This document shows positions 1-10,784 of a stretch of 62,514 nucleotides of DNA, in pieces. Under the pieces are notes generated by a model, which searched no databases, was not told the DNA's origin, and worked only from the letters and a program-made list of their open reading frames with translations. Position 1 is the stretch's first letter; each line of letters opens with the position of its first letter. The stretch is from contig VFLK01000008.1 in the NCBI GenBank assembly GCA_009885085.1, positions 1 through 62,514 on the forward strand, given 5' to 3'. Made by a program: the position numbers and the translations under genes. The stretch is from Minisyncoccota bacterium (GTDB taxonomy: Bacteria > Patescibacteriota > Microgenomatia > UBA1400 > PJMF01).

Positions 1-758
1 AATCCTAAATTGGTTAGTGACGTAAAAATTTTTGCTCTAAGTATGTTTGTAATTTGCATATCCTCCAACCATTTTACTTCAAAATAGATAGATTAACAAT
101 CTAGTTATTGGCAGTTTTTTTCAAACTGTGAACACACAATTGCACCGAAGAAGAGACGAAGAAGTTTGAGTATATTGTTTACTCTGTAAATTATTCAATT
201 AATGTGAAATACTTATATTTAACAGACTATTATTTTGTGTTCATATTTAGATATATATTTTAATCTATTCGTTATATCTTCGGATAGTTAATCTAAAGTG
301 TAACCTGTGATGTTTATAACTGTGGAATTTATTCTTACGCTGAGCCTTTCTTAGTGTTTTATCAATAATGATGCTTTTCCAACATAAAATTTTGGACCTG
401 ACTAATTAATTTTCTATCTGCACGTAACAAAATTACAATAAATAATTAGTGAGAACTGAGCACTTTTTTACTTGGGGAAGAACATATATTTTCACTAAAA
501 TTTAATTGAATTTAGAAAATATTTTTTGAGAATATTTAATGGATTTGCAACTTCTAGAGAACTCAACAAGCATGCTTTTTAATATTGCTCAAAGTGTTTT
601 TTAATCTACAAGCAATTTTCTTGTTTGTACTTTTTTCGCAATTAAATAGTTTTGCTACTTGCACAGTTTATTTAAACATGGTTTAGTTCTATTTACGCAA
701 ATTAAAAATTTAAAAGTATAAAAACAACCAAATTTAGTGAGTTTTTACAAGTTTTGAG

Positions 759-1694
759 TCATATTGCCTCCCAATACTTGACTCCATCAGTAACAAACTC
801 GACTGTTCCCTGGCTATCAGTTCGGTAAATATTAGCCCCAAACTCACGAAAAAGGTCGATTACTCGAGGAAAAGGATGATTATATTGGTTATTTATACCA
901 CTACTAATCACTGAAACTTCGGGTCTCAAAATGCTTATAAATTGCCTACTAGAACTTGATTTAGAGCCATGGTGCCCTGCTTTTATTATACTGACAGGCT
1001 CTGTCATACCAGACTTAATTACTGCCAATTCACCCTCTAATTCCATATCACCTGTCAACAATACTGTTATGTCATCAATCGTGATAAATAGCACTATAGA
1101 TAGGTCATTTTCACTAATATTTTTGTTAAGAATTGGATAAAAAAGCTCATTTTCAGCCGATAATATCGTTTCGGTAACATCCATATTTTTAGATATTAGA
1201 CGTTGATATTGAACTTGAGGTGACGCCACAGAAAATTGAACTAATCCATCCAAAAAAAGTTTTTGACCTCTATAGGTGGAAACAACTTTAGTATCATGAT
1301 TACTATTGACCATTTTAGTCGAGACAGCATCTTCAAAAGCTTCAAAAACGGCTGTTTTCTTTGCAGACGGGTTCTTCAAAATAACATCGACGGAATAACT
1401 TGCGAAAACCGCTGGCAGACCGCCGATGTGATCACTGTCCATATGCGTTGCAATCACATAGTTTATTGATTTGTCCCAAAACGGAATATTGTTCTCCAAA
1501 CAAGAAAGAACTTTTTCATCTGGACCCCCATCAACCAAAATTTGTTGATTTCCGTGAGTAATCAAAATCGCATCACCTTGTCCCACATCACAAAAAATAA
1601 GATGAACAAAGTTGTCAGGCCATTGATTAACAATCGAAACGACTACCCAAACAAAAAAACTACTGAAAAACAACTTTAAAACTAATAGTTTCAT
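759..1694 (-). CDS. comEC: ComEC C-terminal metallo-beta-lactamase-fold domain protein (split ComEC)
   Basis: DVGQGDAILI, LVDGGP, THMDSDH, LLTGD and GHHGS motifs; N-terminal TM helix; overlaps the upstream competence-domain gene by 4 nt. Confidence 0.9.
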   Translation of the reverse strand: MKLLVLKLFFSSFFVWVVVSIVNQWPDNFVHLIFCDVGQGDAILITHGNQQILVDGGPDEKVLSCLENNIPFWDKSINYVIATHMDSDHIGGLPAVFASYSVDVILKNPSAKKTAVFEAFEDAVSTKMVNSNHDTKVVSTYRGQKLFLDGLVQFSVASPQVQYQRLISKNMDVTETILSAENELFYPILNKNISENDLSIVLFITIDDITVLLTGDMELEGELAVIKSGMTEPVSIIKAGHHGSKSSSSRQFISILRPEVSVISSGINNQYNHPFPRVIDLFREFGANIYRTDSQGTVEFVTDGVKYWEAI

Positions 1695-3058
1695 ATAGCC
1701 TCTGCAAGATGCAGGATATGTTTTTTTCTAGTAATAAATTGCACAATTAATATTACTGTTAACCACCAAACTAGAACGTACCACCAGGGGAAATAGCTTA
1801 CTTTAACCAAAAATAACTGATTATCAAATAGATTTAATATAGCTATAAAGACTTTCGACAAAAAACCCAATGGCAAAACAATTAATCTTAAAAATACGTC
1901 ATTCAACTCGAGTAAATAGAAAAAAATAGAGATAAATGAAAGCAAAATTATAGCTGTAACTAGCCATGTTAAGGCAATTGATACTAATAATGAAATAATG
2001 CTAAACTCCATAAAATGAAAGATTACCAGAGGTGTTATTATGCTTTGAACATAAATACTGATTTTAATTGAGTCTAATATATATTTTTTTATTACCGAAA
2101 TAGTGTTTGCTGTATGGCCATGTTTGCTTAGTTCATTATCATTAGAAATCTCATTTAAATGTAATGAAGCTAATGAATTTGTCTTAAAGTTTTTAAAATG
2201 ACTAAACTGATTGGTAAAGTATATGATTGAAGCAGTCGCAACAAATGAAAGCTGAAATGATATTGAGCTTATCACTGATATATCGGATAAAAGTAAAAGT
2301 ATAACAGTTAAAAACAGTGCGTTCGATGGGTTACTTTGACGGAGTAAGAAGCTAGTAGCAATAACACCAAAAAAAAGCATTAGGAAAGCTCTTACTAGAG
2401 GTAATTTGTTGCCAACTAAAAGCAAATATAAACTGGAAACAATCAAAGAAAATACGCCGACTGACCTTTTTCCTAAAAAATTACTAGCCGAATTTGTAAA
2501 TAATCCAACAACAAGACTTAGATTGTATCCAGAGATTGATGCTAAATGCTGAGTCCCTGTAACTTTAAATAAATGACTTATACTTTCTGACCTAAGTTGA
2601 CTAAAACCAAAATTTAGCTGTCCTATCAAGTAGCTATCATTAGCATCAAAAAGTGACAAAAAGTCGATAAGGACTAATCTAGCCCTAATCTGGGAAAAAT
2701 AGAAAATATACTCAAACCAAAGCTCTGGCGAAGACCATATGCTTTGAATATGATCAATTGACTCTATTATCAACCTTTTTTTTTCAAAAATATTGATATC
2801 AGACTCGTTGCTCAAAGTGCTAAAGTTAGGGTCTAAAGCTGCATTAATTTGGATGATAGTTCCAGTCTTATAGGCTTCACAATCTGGTAATTCAAAATTA
2901 TACAAGGATGACTCAAAAACGCAATTATATGGTATTTCTGAGATCAATACAGACTGTCGGATCTCATTCGCTTTGTTATTTGTTTGCCTAATATATAATC
3001 TCTGCAGTAATAGCGTTATTATTAATATATAAATAATAATCTTTATTATATTTTTCAT
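1691..3058 (-). CDS. comEC: ComEC/Rec2 competence membrane channel domain protein
   Basis: TGTQHLASISGYN and SISFQLSFVAT motifs, multiple TM helices, between comEA and the MBL-domain gene. Confidence 0.88.
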   Translation of the reverse strand: MKNIIKIIIYILIITLLLQRLYIRQTNNKANEIRQSVLISEIPYNCVFESSLYNFELPDCEAYKTGTIIQINAALDPNFSTLSNESDINIFEKKRLIIESIDHIQSIWSSPELWFEYIFYFSQIRARLVLIDFLSLFDANDSYLIGQLNFGFSQLRSESISHLFKVTGTQHLASISGYNLSLVVGLFTNSASNFLGKRSVGVFSLIVSSLYLLLVGNKLPLVRAFLMLFFGVIATSFLLRQSNPSNALFLTVILLLLSDISVISSISFQLSFVATASIIYFTNQFSHFKNFKTNSLASLHLNEISNDNELSKHGHTANTISVIKKYILDSIKISIYVQSIITPLVIFHFMEFSIISLLVSIALTWLVTAIILLSFISIFFYLLELNDVFLRLIVLPLGFLSKVFIAILNLFDNQLFLVKVSYFPWWYVLVWWLTVILIVQFITRKKHILHLAEAI

Positions 3059-3219
3059 ATCTGTATATTTGCTATAAACATCTTATCTATGATAGGCAAC
3101 TTAGATCTGTTTATAGTGTTTTTGGACATTTTTGATAAAAATCCTCATTATTTTTACATTACTTTTTTTTATACTAATTTTGTTTGTTTTTTAAAAGCCT
3201 ATAGCAAAGTCTCAATAAG

Positions 3220-3915
3220 TCACAAAGAAACAGCACTTTTTATGTTTTCAAAAATAGCTTCAGTGAGAGCCCCCTTTTCAACGAGTTTATTTAACGAGTC
3301 GTATGGTCTATTAGAAACAATATCGTCAGCCCTTTTTTCGCCAATTCCCGTTAAACTCATGAGTTCCTCTTTCGTCGCAGAATTTACTGAAATTACTCCT
3401 AATGTATTACCAGCTGAATCATTAGTTGATTGCTGGCTTGTTAACTTTTCTTGAACTTCAATACTTTCTTCAATTGTGGGAATATAAAATTTCTCTCCGT
3501 CATTTAAAAGTTGGGACAAATTTAGAACTTTATTTATATAATATTTATCAACGTAATTTGAAAATCCTCCAGCAATGTTGATTAAATCATTTATTCTTGA
3601 TCCTGAATCTAGTTGATAAATGCCTGGATTTTTTACTGCTCCACCGATATCCACTGTTATCCTGCCAAATTCGGGATTTTTTTCACAGGTTTCAACAATT
3701 TCTAACTCATTTGAGTTACTCAACAGATCTGTGCCAGAACCTGAGCTATTTTCTTTTTGTGAGGCCTGCGCCTCATTATTAAATAATTGGAACAAGCCAA
3801 AGCTTGAAATTGAAATACCAACTAAGAAAATAGTTGCTTGAATTATTAGACTCACAGACAACATTTTTCTTATCTGACTAAAAACTAATGAAATATCACT
3901 AGACTCATCGAACAT
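3220..3915 (-). CDS. comEA: ComEA DNA uptake receptor (SLBB + helix-hairpin-helix)
   Basis: TM anchor, VDIGGAVKNPGIY (SLBB), ISVNSATKEELMSLTGIGEKRA (HhH). Confidence 0.92.
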   Translation of the reverse strand: MFDESSDISLVFSQIRKMLSVSLIIQATIFLVGISISSFGLFQLFNNEAQASQKENSSGSGTDLLSNSNELEIVETCEKNPEFGRITVDIGGAVKNPGIYQLDSGSRINDLINIAGGFSNYVDKYYINKVLNLSQLLNDGEKFYIPTIEESIEVQEKLTSQQSTNDSAGNTLGVISVNSATKEELMSLTGIGEKRADDIVSNRPYDSLNKLVEKGALTEAIFENIKSAVSL

Positions 3916-3965
3916 GATAACAATGTAATATCAGAGTATTGGAAAAACTGTAGGAACACTAAAAA

Positions 3966-6665
3966 CTAAACAACCAATGAAATTATTTTTCCCTTGATGT
4001 AGATCTTCTTTTTAATCTCTTGTCCATCTATATATTTCTTAATGCTTTCTAATTTTTCAGCCATGTCTAAAATAGCTTTTTCATCCTCAACCTTGTCAGC
4101 CTCAACTTCTAGTTGAGCTCTAATCTTACCGTTAATTTGAACTGGAATATTTATAAGATCATCTTGTGCAAGCTCTTGACTAAACTCTGGCCAATTAGTC
4201 TGGTGAATGCCACTATAAGAAGCGTCACTCGACTCTTTTTTAGAGATAGTTTCGAATAATTCGTCAGCTAAAAACGGTGCAAAAGGTGCCAAGATACCAA
4301 TAAAAGCAACTTTGTCTTCCTTGGACAAAGTCTTGCTATCTTTAATCATCACATCTTGCCATAAATTGACAAATTCCATCATGAAAGCAATCGCTGTATT
4401 GAATTTTAATTTAGGAATATCATCGGAAACCTTCTTGATGGCTTGGTGGAGTTTCCTCTGGAGTTTAACTTTGGCTTCGCCCGCTACATTTTCTAATTCT
4501 AGCTCTGCAACCAATTTATGAATTTTTTGTAAGAATTTAAAAATTCCTATCACAGCTCTAATGTCCCATGGCTTATCAGATTCAAGTGGACCCATAAACA
4601 TTTCGTAGACTCTAAGAGTGTCAGCCCCGAACTTGGTAATAATATCGTCAGGACTAATCACATTTCCCTTGGATTTACTCATTTTTTTATTGTCTGGACC
4701 TAAGATCATACCTTGATGTCTCATTTTTTTGAAAGGTTCACTAAATTTGAAGTAACCTTCGTCTCGCAAAAATTTGGTAAAAAATCTCGAATAAAGTAAA
4801 TGCAAAACTATGTGCTCAGGACCAATCATATATAGGTCTACAGGAAGCCATTTCTCAATTTGTTCAGTTCTAGCAAACTCATTGGTATTTCTGGAATCTA
4901 CATATCTTAAAAAGTACCAGCTAGAATCAACAAAGGTATCCATCGTATCAAACTCAGGTCTCCAGCCTTCACCAGACATATCCCAACCTTTTTCTTTAAT
5001 CAAATCTGAATGAACCTCAACTACATATTTTTTCGTTCTTTTGGCAAACTCTTGAGATGATTTTAGAGGTGATTCTCCTGTTGGTTTAAAATCTACGTCT
5101 GTTGGAAGTTCCCAAGGCAAGTGAGATTCCTCAATAGCGTGCGGATTGCCGTCTGGATCATAGACAACAGGAATTGGAGTTCCCCAGTATCTTTGTCTGG
5201 AAATTAACCAGTCGCGGAGTCTATATGAAGTAACGCGCTTGCCCCAGCCTTTTTCTTCCATATGATCCATAATTTTTTCTGTAGCATCATAGATATTTAT
5301 TCCATTTAAAAAATCAGAGTTTGTCATTGTTCCCTGCTCTTCTTGTACTTGAGCCACTGTGGTAATTTTCGAATCGTCTCCATCTTGACCAATTACTACC
5401 CTGATAACTTCTATTTTTTTATTTAGAGTATCTTTACTTCCAGTTTTTTCCAGATTATTCACATACTCTGCAAATTCAAAATCTCTGGTGTCATGACCTG
5501 GAACACCAACAACTGCGCCCGTTCCAAATCCTCCAAGTACAAAATCTGATACCCAAATTGGCATTTTTTTAGCAGTTAAATCATTAACAGCGTACAAACC
5601 TGTAAAGGCTCCAGATTTTTTCTTGCCTTCCTGCTGACGATCTAATTCAGTTTTTTTGCTTGCTAGATCTAAATAGTTAGCAACATTGGTCATAACTTCA
5701 ACCGAATTTTCTTTTGGAACTATTTCTCCGCTAGCTATCTTTGTAGCCATCTCATGTTCAGGAGCAATAACGATAAATGCTGCTCCAAAGTTTGTATCAG
5801 GCCTGGTGGTAAAACAAGTAATTGTGTCTGCGCTGGTGGTTGTGTCTGCGCCACCGGCCTGTTCTGCGCCACCGGCCTTGGAAGCGCCACCGGACTTGGA
5901 AGCACCATCGGCTTTGTCTACCCCCTCAACCTTATACGTAATGTTAATTCCTGTCTTTTTTCCAATCCAATTTAACTGCTGAGCTTTGGTTGCTGCCGGC
6001 CAATCAACATCATCTAATCCGCTTATCAACTCATCCTGATATTTTGTAATCTGGTAATACCACTGTCGCATATCTTTCTGCTCGACTTGAGAATCACATC
6101 TCTCGCATAAGCCTTCGACCACTTGCTCATTGGCCAAAACTGTTTGACATGATGGACACCAATTTACCTTGCCATCTTTTTGATATGCTAAGCCCTTGTT
6201 GTACATCTGTAAAAATAACCACTGAGTCCATCTATAATATTCTGGATGACTGGTTGCAATTTCGTTTGCCCAATCATAAGAAATTCCGATTCTTTTGATT
6301 TGTCTTCTGAAAGTATCTATTGCGCTAACGGTAGTTTTGGATGGATGCACACCAGTCTTGATTGCATAATTTTCTGCTGGCAAACCAAAAGCGTCCCAAC
6401 CAACTGGAAAAAAGACATTTTTGCCCTTCATTCTGTAATATCTGGCTAAAATATCCAAAGCAGTCTTGCTCTCTACATGACCAACATGCAAACCACTTCC
6501 TGAAGGATAAGCAAATGCAAATAACAGGTAAATATTCTCGCTATCATTCACATCAGAACCACCATTTTCTCCAATTTTTGCGCCACCATTCTCAGTTTGC
6601 TGAAAAAGCTTATTCTTTTCCCAAATTTGGTGCCATTTTTCCTCAACTTTATTCTGATCGTACAT
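3966..6665 (-). CDS. leuS: Leucine--tRNA ligase
   Basis: YPSGSGLHVGH, GWDAFGLPAEN, DWLISRQRYWGTPIP, DTMDTFVDSSWY and KMSKS motifs. Confidence 0.97.
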   Translation of the reverse strand: MYDQNKVEEKWHQIWEKNKLFQQTENGGAKIGENGGSDVNDSENIYLLFAFAYPSGSGLHVGHVESKTALDILARYYRMKGKNVFFPVGWDAFGLPAENYAIKTGVHPSKTTVSAIDTFRRQIKRIGISYDWANEIATSHPEYYRWTQWLFLQMYNKGLAYQKDGKVNWCPSCQTVLANEQVVEGLCERCDSQVEQKDMRQWYYQITKYQDELISGLDDVDWPAATKAQQLNWIGKKTGINITYKVEGVDKADGASKSGGASKAGGAEQAGGADTTTSADTITCFTTRPDTNFGAAFIVIAPEHEMATKIASGEIVPKENSVEVMTNVANYLDLASKKTELDRQQEGKKKSGAFTGLYAVNDLTAKKMPIWVSDFVLGGFGTGAVVGVPGHDTRDFEFAEYVNNLEKTGSKDTLNKKIEVIRVVIGQDGDDSKITTVAQVQEEQGTMTNSDFLNGINIYDATEKIMDHMEEKGWGKRVTSYRLRDWLISRQRYWGTPIPVVYDPDGNPHAIEESHLPWELPTDVDFKPTGESPLKSSQEFAKRTKKYVVEVHSDLIKEKGWDMSGEGWRPEFDTMDTFVDSSWYFLRYVDSRNTNEFARTEQIEKWLPVDLYMIGPEHIVLHLLYSRFFTKFLRDEGYFKFSEPFKKMRHQGMILGPDNKKMSKSKGNVISPDDIITKFGADTLRVYEMFMGPLESDKPWDIRAVIGIFKFLQKIHKLVAELELENVAGEAKVKLQRKLHQAIKKVSDDIPKLKFNTAIAFMMEFVNLWQDVMIKDSKTLSKEDKVAFIGILAPFAPFLADELFETISKKESSDASYSGIHQTNWPEFSQELAQDDLINIPVQINGKIRAQLEVEADKVEDEKAILDMAEKLESIKKYIDGQEIKKKIYIKGKIISLVV
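5823..5919. repeat. GC-rich 18-bp imperfect tandem repeat inside leuS
   Basis: Units such as gcgccaccggcctgttct / gcgccaccggccttggaa / gcgccaccggacttggaa, encoding the GASKSGGASKAGGAEQAGGADTTTSADT insert. Confidence 0.85.
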
Positions 6666-6751
6666 GATTTATTCTCGTTTACTTGATCACTAATTATAAC
6701 GCGCATCTATGTATTTGCACGTACCATATCTACTAGGCTATACTAAATATA

Positions 6752-7426
6752 ATGTCCACAACTAAACATACATTATTACTATTGATGCCAGTTCTGTTGG
6801 CATATATTTGGATCTCAACTCCGTCCTTAAGAATGTATTCTCTTCAGGCATTTTCCGTTGCAAGTCTTGGGTATTTTATAGTCAAAAAATTTAATAGAGC
6901 AAAATTATGGCACGTTTTACCTATAAATTTTTCACTCGAACTAATGTTTGTTACTTTTGCAATACTACTCCTCGTGGGATCTACTGGAAACGCAGAATCA
7001 ATCTTCTATCCATTCACATACATTCACTTATTTATCTTAGTTATGAGTTGCAAAGAACAAACAGCTGTCATCATTGCAATGTCGACAATATTATTTCACT
7101 ACGCTCTTGAAACTGCGATTACCTCAGCTGAAGTTGCAACAATTCTAACAATCCCTATGATGCTGTTATTTTTTCTATTTGCCAAAAAACAGTATGACGA
7201 TGCCAAAAACAGTCACTCTATTATAGACAAGGAAGAAGTTACAATAAATCACTTATCAACCCAAGAACACACATTGCAAAACTTCATCTATACTTTTCTC
7301 AAGCCAAAACTAAAAATGTTAGAAGAAATGGTTGTCAAAGATACTGATGAAAGCAGGGAAACTACTAGAAATCAAATATCACTCATAATAAATGAGAGTG
7401 ACAAAATACTTGAAAAAAATAAATAG
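6752..7426 (+). CDS. Hypothetical multi-pass membrane protein with C-terminal coiled coil
   Basis: About five hydrophobic segments then a charged helical tail; TATACT shortly before ATG. Confidence 0.75.
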   Translation: MSTTKHTLLLLMPVLLAYIWISTPSLRMYSLQAFSVASLGYFIVKKFNRAKLWHVLPINFSLELMFVTFAILLLVGSTGNAESIFYPFTYIHLFILVMSCKEQTAVIIAMSTILFHYALETAITSAEVATILTIPMMLLFFLFAKKQYDDAKNSHSIIDKEEVTINHLSTQEHTLQNFIYTFLKPKLKMLEEMVVKDTDESRETTRNQISLIINESDKILEKNK

Positions 7427-8168
7427 CGTGCAAAATAAATTTTTACTTTTAGCCATTTCCTCTGGACTTTTTTTGTTCGTTCTTGCCATTCAACCTGCAT
7501 TTGCCCAAAATCTGACTTCAGATTCTTGGATCATTCAGTTCGGAAACTTTAATGTCACGTCTGGAGAGAAAAGTAGTGCTAGCTATAACGTAACTGATAC
7601 AGTTGGACAAACTGGTTCAGGACCATATGGCTCTTATGGATCTTCGAGTTATTTTGTAGGAAGTGGCTTTCAATACATCTATCAAATAGATGACTTCAGT
7701 TTTGATATTTCTAAAACACTTGTAAACCTCGGGGAACTAATTCCAAATGTTCACTCAACTGACTCTCATACTTTAACAGTCACTAGTAGAGGAGCCGGTG
7801 GTTATTCCGTATATGCATATGAAATTCATCCGCTTCGACTTACCAATGGACCTGATGAAATAGTTGACACTACTTGTAACACTGGAAGTTGTACTCATGT
7901 TGTAGCTGGCGTATGGAATAATCAATCTATTCCTGGATTTGGGTACAATATGACAGGTAATGACATTCCTGCAAACTTTATCGACAGCACTTATTATAAG
8001 AATTTTGCCGATAAAGAAACTGCCGACAGCATGCAAATAGTGATGAGTTCTGTTAATATTGCCAACCAAAGACAAGCTACAGTTACTTACAAGGCAGGAA
8101 TCAACAATAGTCAAGCCAGTGGCAATTACGAAACTGGCATTATTTATGTAGCCGTGCCTGGATATTAA
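7392..8168 (+). CDS. Secreted beta-rich protein (WxL-like cell-surface subunit)
   Basis: Signal peptide ending PAFA; C-terminal ASGNYETGIIYVAVPGY strand; shares GFGY motif and C-terminal pattern with 9305-10765. Confidence 0.6.
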   Translation: MRVTKYLKKINSVQNKFLLLAISSGLFLFVLAIQPAFAQNLTSDSWIIQFGNFNVTSGEKSSASYNVTDTVGQTGSGPYGSYGSSSYFVGSGFQYIYQIDDFSFDISKTLVNLGELIPNVHSTDSHTLTVTSRGAGGYSVYAYEIHPLRLTNGPDEIVDTTCNTGSCTHVVAGVWNNQSIPGFGYNMTGNDIPANFIDSTYYKNFADKETADSMQIVMSSVNIANQRQATVTYKAGINNSQASGNYETGIIYVAVPGY

Positions 8169-8204
8169 CCGGCATATGTAACCGAGCCCGGATATTAACC
8201 GGCG
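8145..8204 (+). repeat. 30-bp tandem duplication of the gene 3' end
   Basis: tatgtagccgtgcctggatattaaccggca followed by tatgtaaccgagcccggatattaaccggcg (4 mismatches). Confidence 0.85.
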
Positions 8205-8217
8205 CTGGAATAATAAA

Positions 8218-9204
8218 ATGAAAACAATTAATTATTTTAAATTTCTAAGAATCCTAGTCATATTTTTATTGGCTTTTATCTATAGCGGCAACTTTAAATC
8301 CAAAGTTTTAGCTCAATCCAATATTAGTCTGAGCGTCTCACCTCCAATTTCTTACCTTCAAGTTCCTCCAGGAACGACTCGAAAACACACAGTAGTTTTA
8401 GAAAATACCGGAGATAAAACCATAGTCGTGATGCCATCAATCGTAGATTTCTCCTCTGATGGAAAAACTGGTCGTGCCATAATTTCTAATGAGCTAAGTT
8501 TTCCATATATATCTTTTGGAACAACTGAAATCAAAGAACTTTCGATTCCAGCACACAATAAAGCACAGCTCACTCTATACATTGATGTCCCAAAAGATGC
8601 TGTTGAAAAAGAATATCCACTTACAATTTTATTTTTTTCCAAAAATGGGGAATATATTCCTAATTTTGGTCTTCAAGGAACCAACTCTACTAAATCTGAA
8701 ATTAGCGGTGGTATAGGAAGTAATCTAGTGATTTTGGTTTCTAAAGAAAGTAAGCTTGCAAATGCTCTGAAAGTTGTCAGTTTGAAAACCCCAAAATTTA
8801 TTGATAGTTTTGGATGGATTGAATTTCTTCCGTTAGTAAAAAATGAAACAATTTCGTCAATTTCGGCCTCAGGAAGTGCAAAGATACTTAACTGGAAAAA
8901 AGACACTATCTCAGAGTTTGAAATTTATCCAGATGTAATACTCGGATCAAACACTAGAGAACTAAGAGCATTAAGACCTGGAATAACCCCAGATAAACCA
9001 GAAACTGGAACCTTTTCGTACAAACCAAAGTTTTTGCTTGGTCCATATCAAATTATTGTTAGCCTAGAAAATGATTTTTCGCAACAACAGCAAACCTCTA
9101 AATACATAGAGGTCGTTTATGCCTTTCCATTTTCAATTATTTTAGTTGCTATATTAGGAATAATTATTACATTTGTTTACATTAAAAAGATAAAAAAATC
9201 ATAA
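8218..9204 (+). CDS. DUF916/WxL-interacting-like surface protein with C-terminal TM anchor
   Basis: Signal peptide, SLSVSPP start of an Ig-like domain, IDVPKDA..EY motif, C-terminal TM helix plus Lys tail; paralog of 10785-11966. Confidence 0.65.
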   Translation: MKTINYFKFLRILVIFLLAFIYSGNFKSKVLAQSNISLSVSPPISYLQVPPGTTRKHTVVLENTGDKTIVVMPSIVDFSSDGKTGRAIISNELSFPYISFGTTEIKELSIPAHNKAQLTLYIDVPKDAVEKEYPLTILFFSKNGEYIPNFGLQGTNSTKSEISGGIGSNLVILVSKESKLANALKVVSLKTPKFIDSFGWIEFLPLVKNETISSISASGSAKILNWKKDTISEFEIYPDVILGSNTRELRALRPGITPDKPETGTFSYKPKFLLGPYQIIVSLENDFSQQQQTSKYIEVVYAFPFSIILVAILGIIITFVYIKKIKKS

Positions 9205-9304
9205 AAAACAAAGTGGTTATTGCAAGTAATAACCAATACATATAAACTTAAAACAAGGAAATATATCGCCAGAAGCGTTCTAGGTGAGAAATATATTTAC
9301 AACA

Positions 9305-10765
9305 ATGGAAAAAAAATTCATTCAAAAGTCAATAATACTTACTTTCCTTGTATCATCAATGTTTATTGGTGGAATATATCAAAAAAGCCAATCAGCAAGT
9401 TTATCTAGTGTTTCTGCAACTTCCTCAAACTCAAGATTATCTTTTAAAGGCGCACTAACAACAGGCAATACAATCGGATCTTCTCAAGTACTATTGAAAA
9501 CAACCACCGGTAGTTACCCTTCTACTACCTCAGCCCAATTACTAAGCGATGACGTAGTTGCCATTGGAGATACAAATAGTTTGGGAATATACACAATTAC
9601 TAGTATAGATTCAGCAGGAGTATTCAACATTACGCCAGTTTTACTTTCAGGAGATGCAGATAATGATGACGCTGTTATTTCTACTCAATCTGCAACTCAA
9701 ACAATTAGATTTACTACTGCCAATGCCATTGCCAACGGAACATTTAGAATATTGATTCCTTCAGAATCAAACAACGCCAATGCATCAGACGGAATTCCTG
9801 ACGCAGGTCAATTTGATTTTGGTAATGTTGCACCAACCGTTACTTGTCCATCAAACGCAAACGGCGTTTATGATTTTGTAGCAGGAACAGCAACGGCTTC
9901 AGCAATCACTGTTGGAAGTCAAGAGTATCATTCTTATGAATGTGTATACTCTGGAACTGGAGCAATTGGCTCTCCATTTGATGGCTCAACTAATGGTGCT
10001 ATTACAATTAATTCAGTAATTAATCCTGCGCCAAAAGTAGCTCATTCAACAGGAGCTGCAGATACATATAGAATCATTGTCCAGCACTTAGATAGTACTT
10101 TTGCAGTTAGAGATTCAACTTCAGTTTCAGTTGGAGTTATCGAAGCAGTCAGAGTCACAGCCTCAGTTGCTCCTCAAATTACTTTTCAAATAAGTGGCAT
10201 TGCAAGTGGTGTGACTGCCTGTGGTCAATCAACTGATGTTACTACTACTGCAGCGGCTGTTCCACTTGGTGAGCTTTCTATCTCATTATTTACAGATGCC
10301 GCACAAGCACTTTCTGTTTCGACAAATGCAGCTAATGGTTATGTTGTAACTGCATTGGCAAATGACCAAATGGGTAGAAATGCTGAAACTTGTGTTGGAG
10401 ATAATGTTGGAGGGGATTGTATTCCTGACTCTCGCGGAGATACAACGACGATGACTCATGCTGTAGAAGATGAATGGGTATCTGCCGCAATCAAAGGATT
10501 TGGATATTCTCTAGACAATGTTAACACTACTGGTCTAACAGCACCATTCGAATGGGATTCCACAGCCGGTGGTTGTTCCGGAGTGTATTGTGCAAGACAA
10601 TTTGCAGACAACGAAAATAGTCAAACAGCTCAAACAATATTTAGTAATAGTACTGTTGCCGACACACACAACCTTTACGTCTGCTACAGAGCAATAATTT
10701 CAGCCACTCAATCAGCCGGAGAATATGAGAATGCAATTACTTATACAGCAACAGCAACATTTTAA
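9305..10765 (+). CDS. Secreted Ser/Thr/Ala-rich beta protein with paired cysteines (WxL-like)
   Basis: Signal peptide; C-terminal AGEYENAITYTATATF; start moved from 9284 (GTG) to ATG 9305. Confidence 0.65.
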   Translation: MEKKFIQKSIILTFLVSSMFIGGIYQKSQSASLSSVSATSSNSRLSFKGALTTGNTIGSSQVLLKTTTGSYPSTTSAQLLSDDVVAIGDTNSLGIYTITSIDSAGVFNITPVLLSGDADNDDAVISTQSATQTIRFTTANAIANGTFRILIPSESNNANASDGIPDAGQFDFGNVAPTVTCPSNANGVYDFVAGTATASAITVGSQEYHSYECVYSGTGAIGSPFDGSTNGAITINSVINPAPKVAHSTGAADTYRIIVQHLDSTFAVRDSTSVSVGVIEAVRVTASVAPQITFQISGIASGVTACGQSTDVTTTAAAVPLGELSISLFTDAAQALSVSTNAANGYVVTALANDQMGRNAETCVGDNVGGDCIPDSRGDTTTMTHAVEDEWVSAAIKGFGYSLDNVNTTGLTAPFEWDSTAGGCSGVYCARQFADNENSQTAQTIFSNSTVADTHNLYVCYRAIISATQSAGEYENAITYTATATF

Positions 10766-10784
10766 TAAAAAGAGAAACTAAACC

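Noticed and set aside
1..758. Gene or RNA in the AT-rich left end
   Set aside because: No ORF of 60 aa or more, and no tRNA or convincing structure seen
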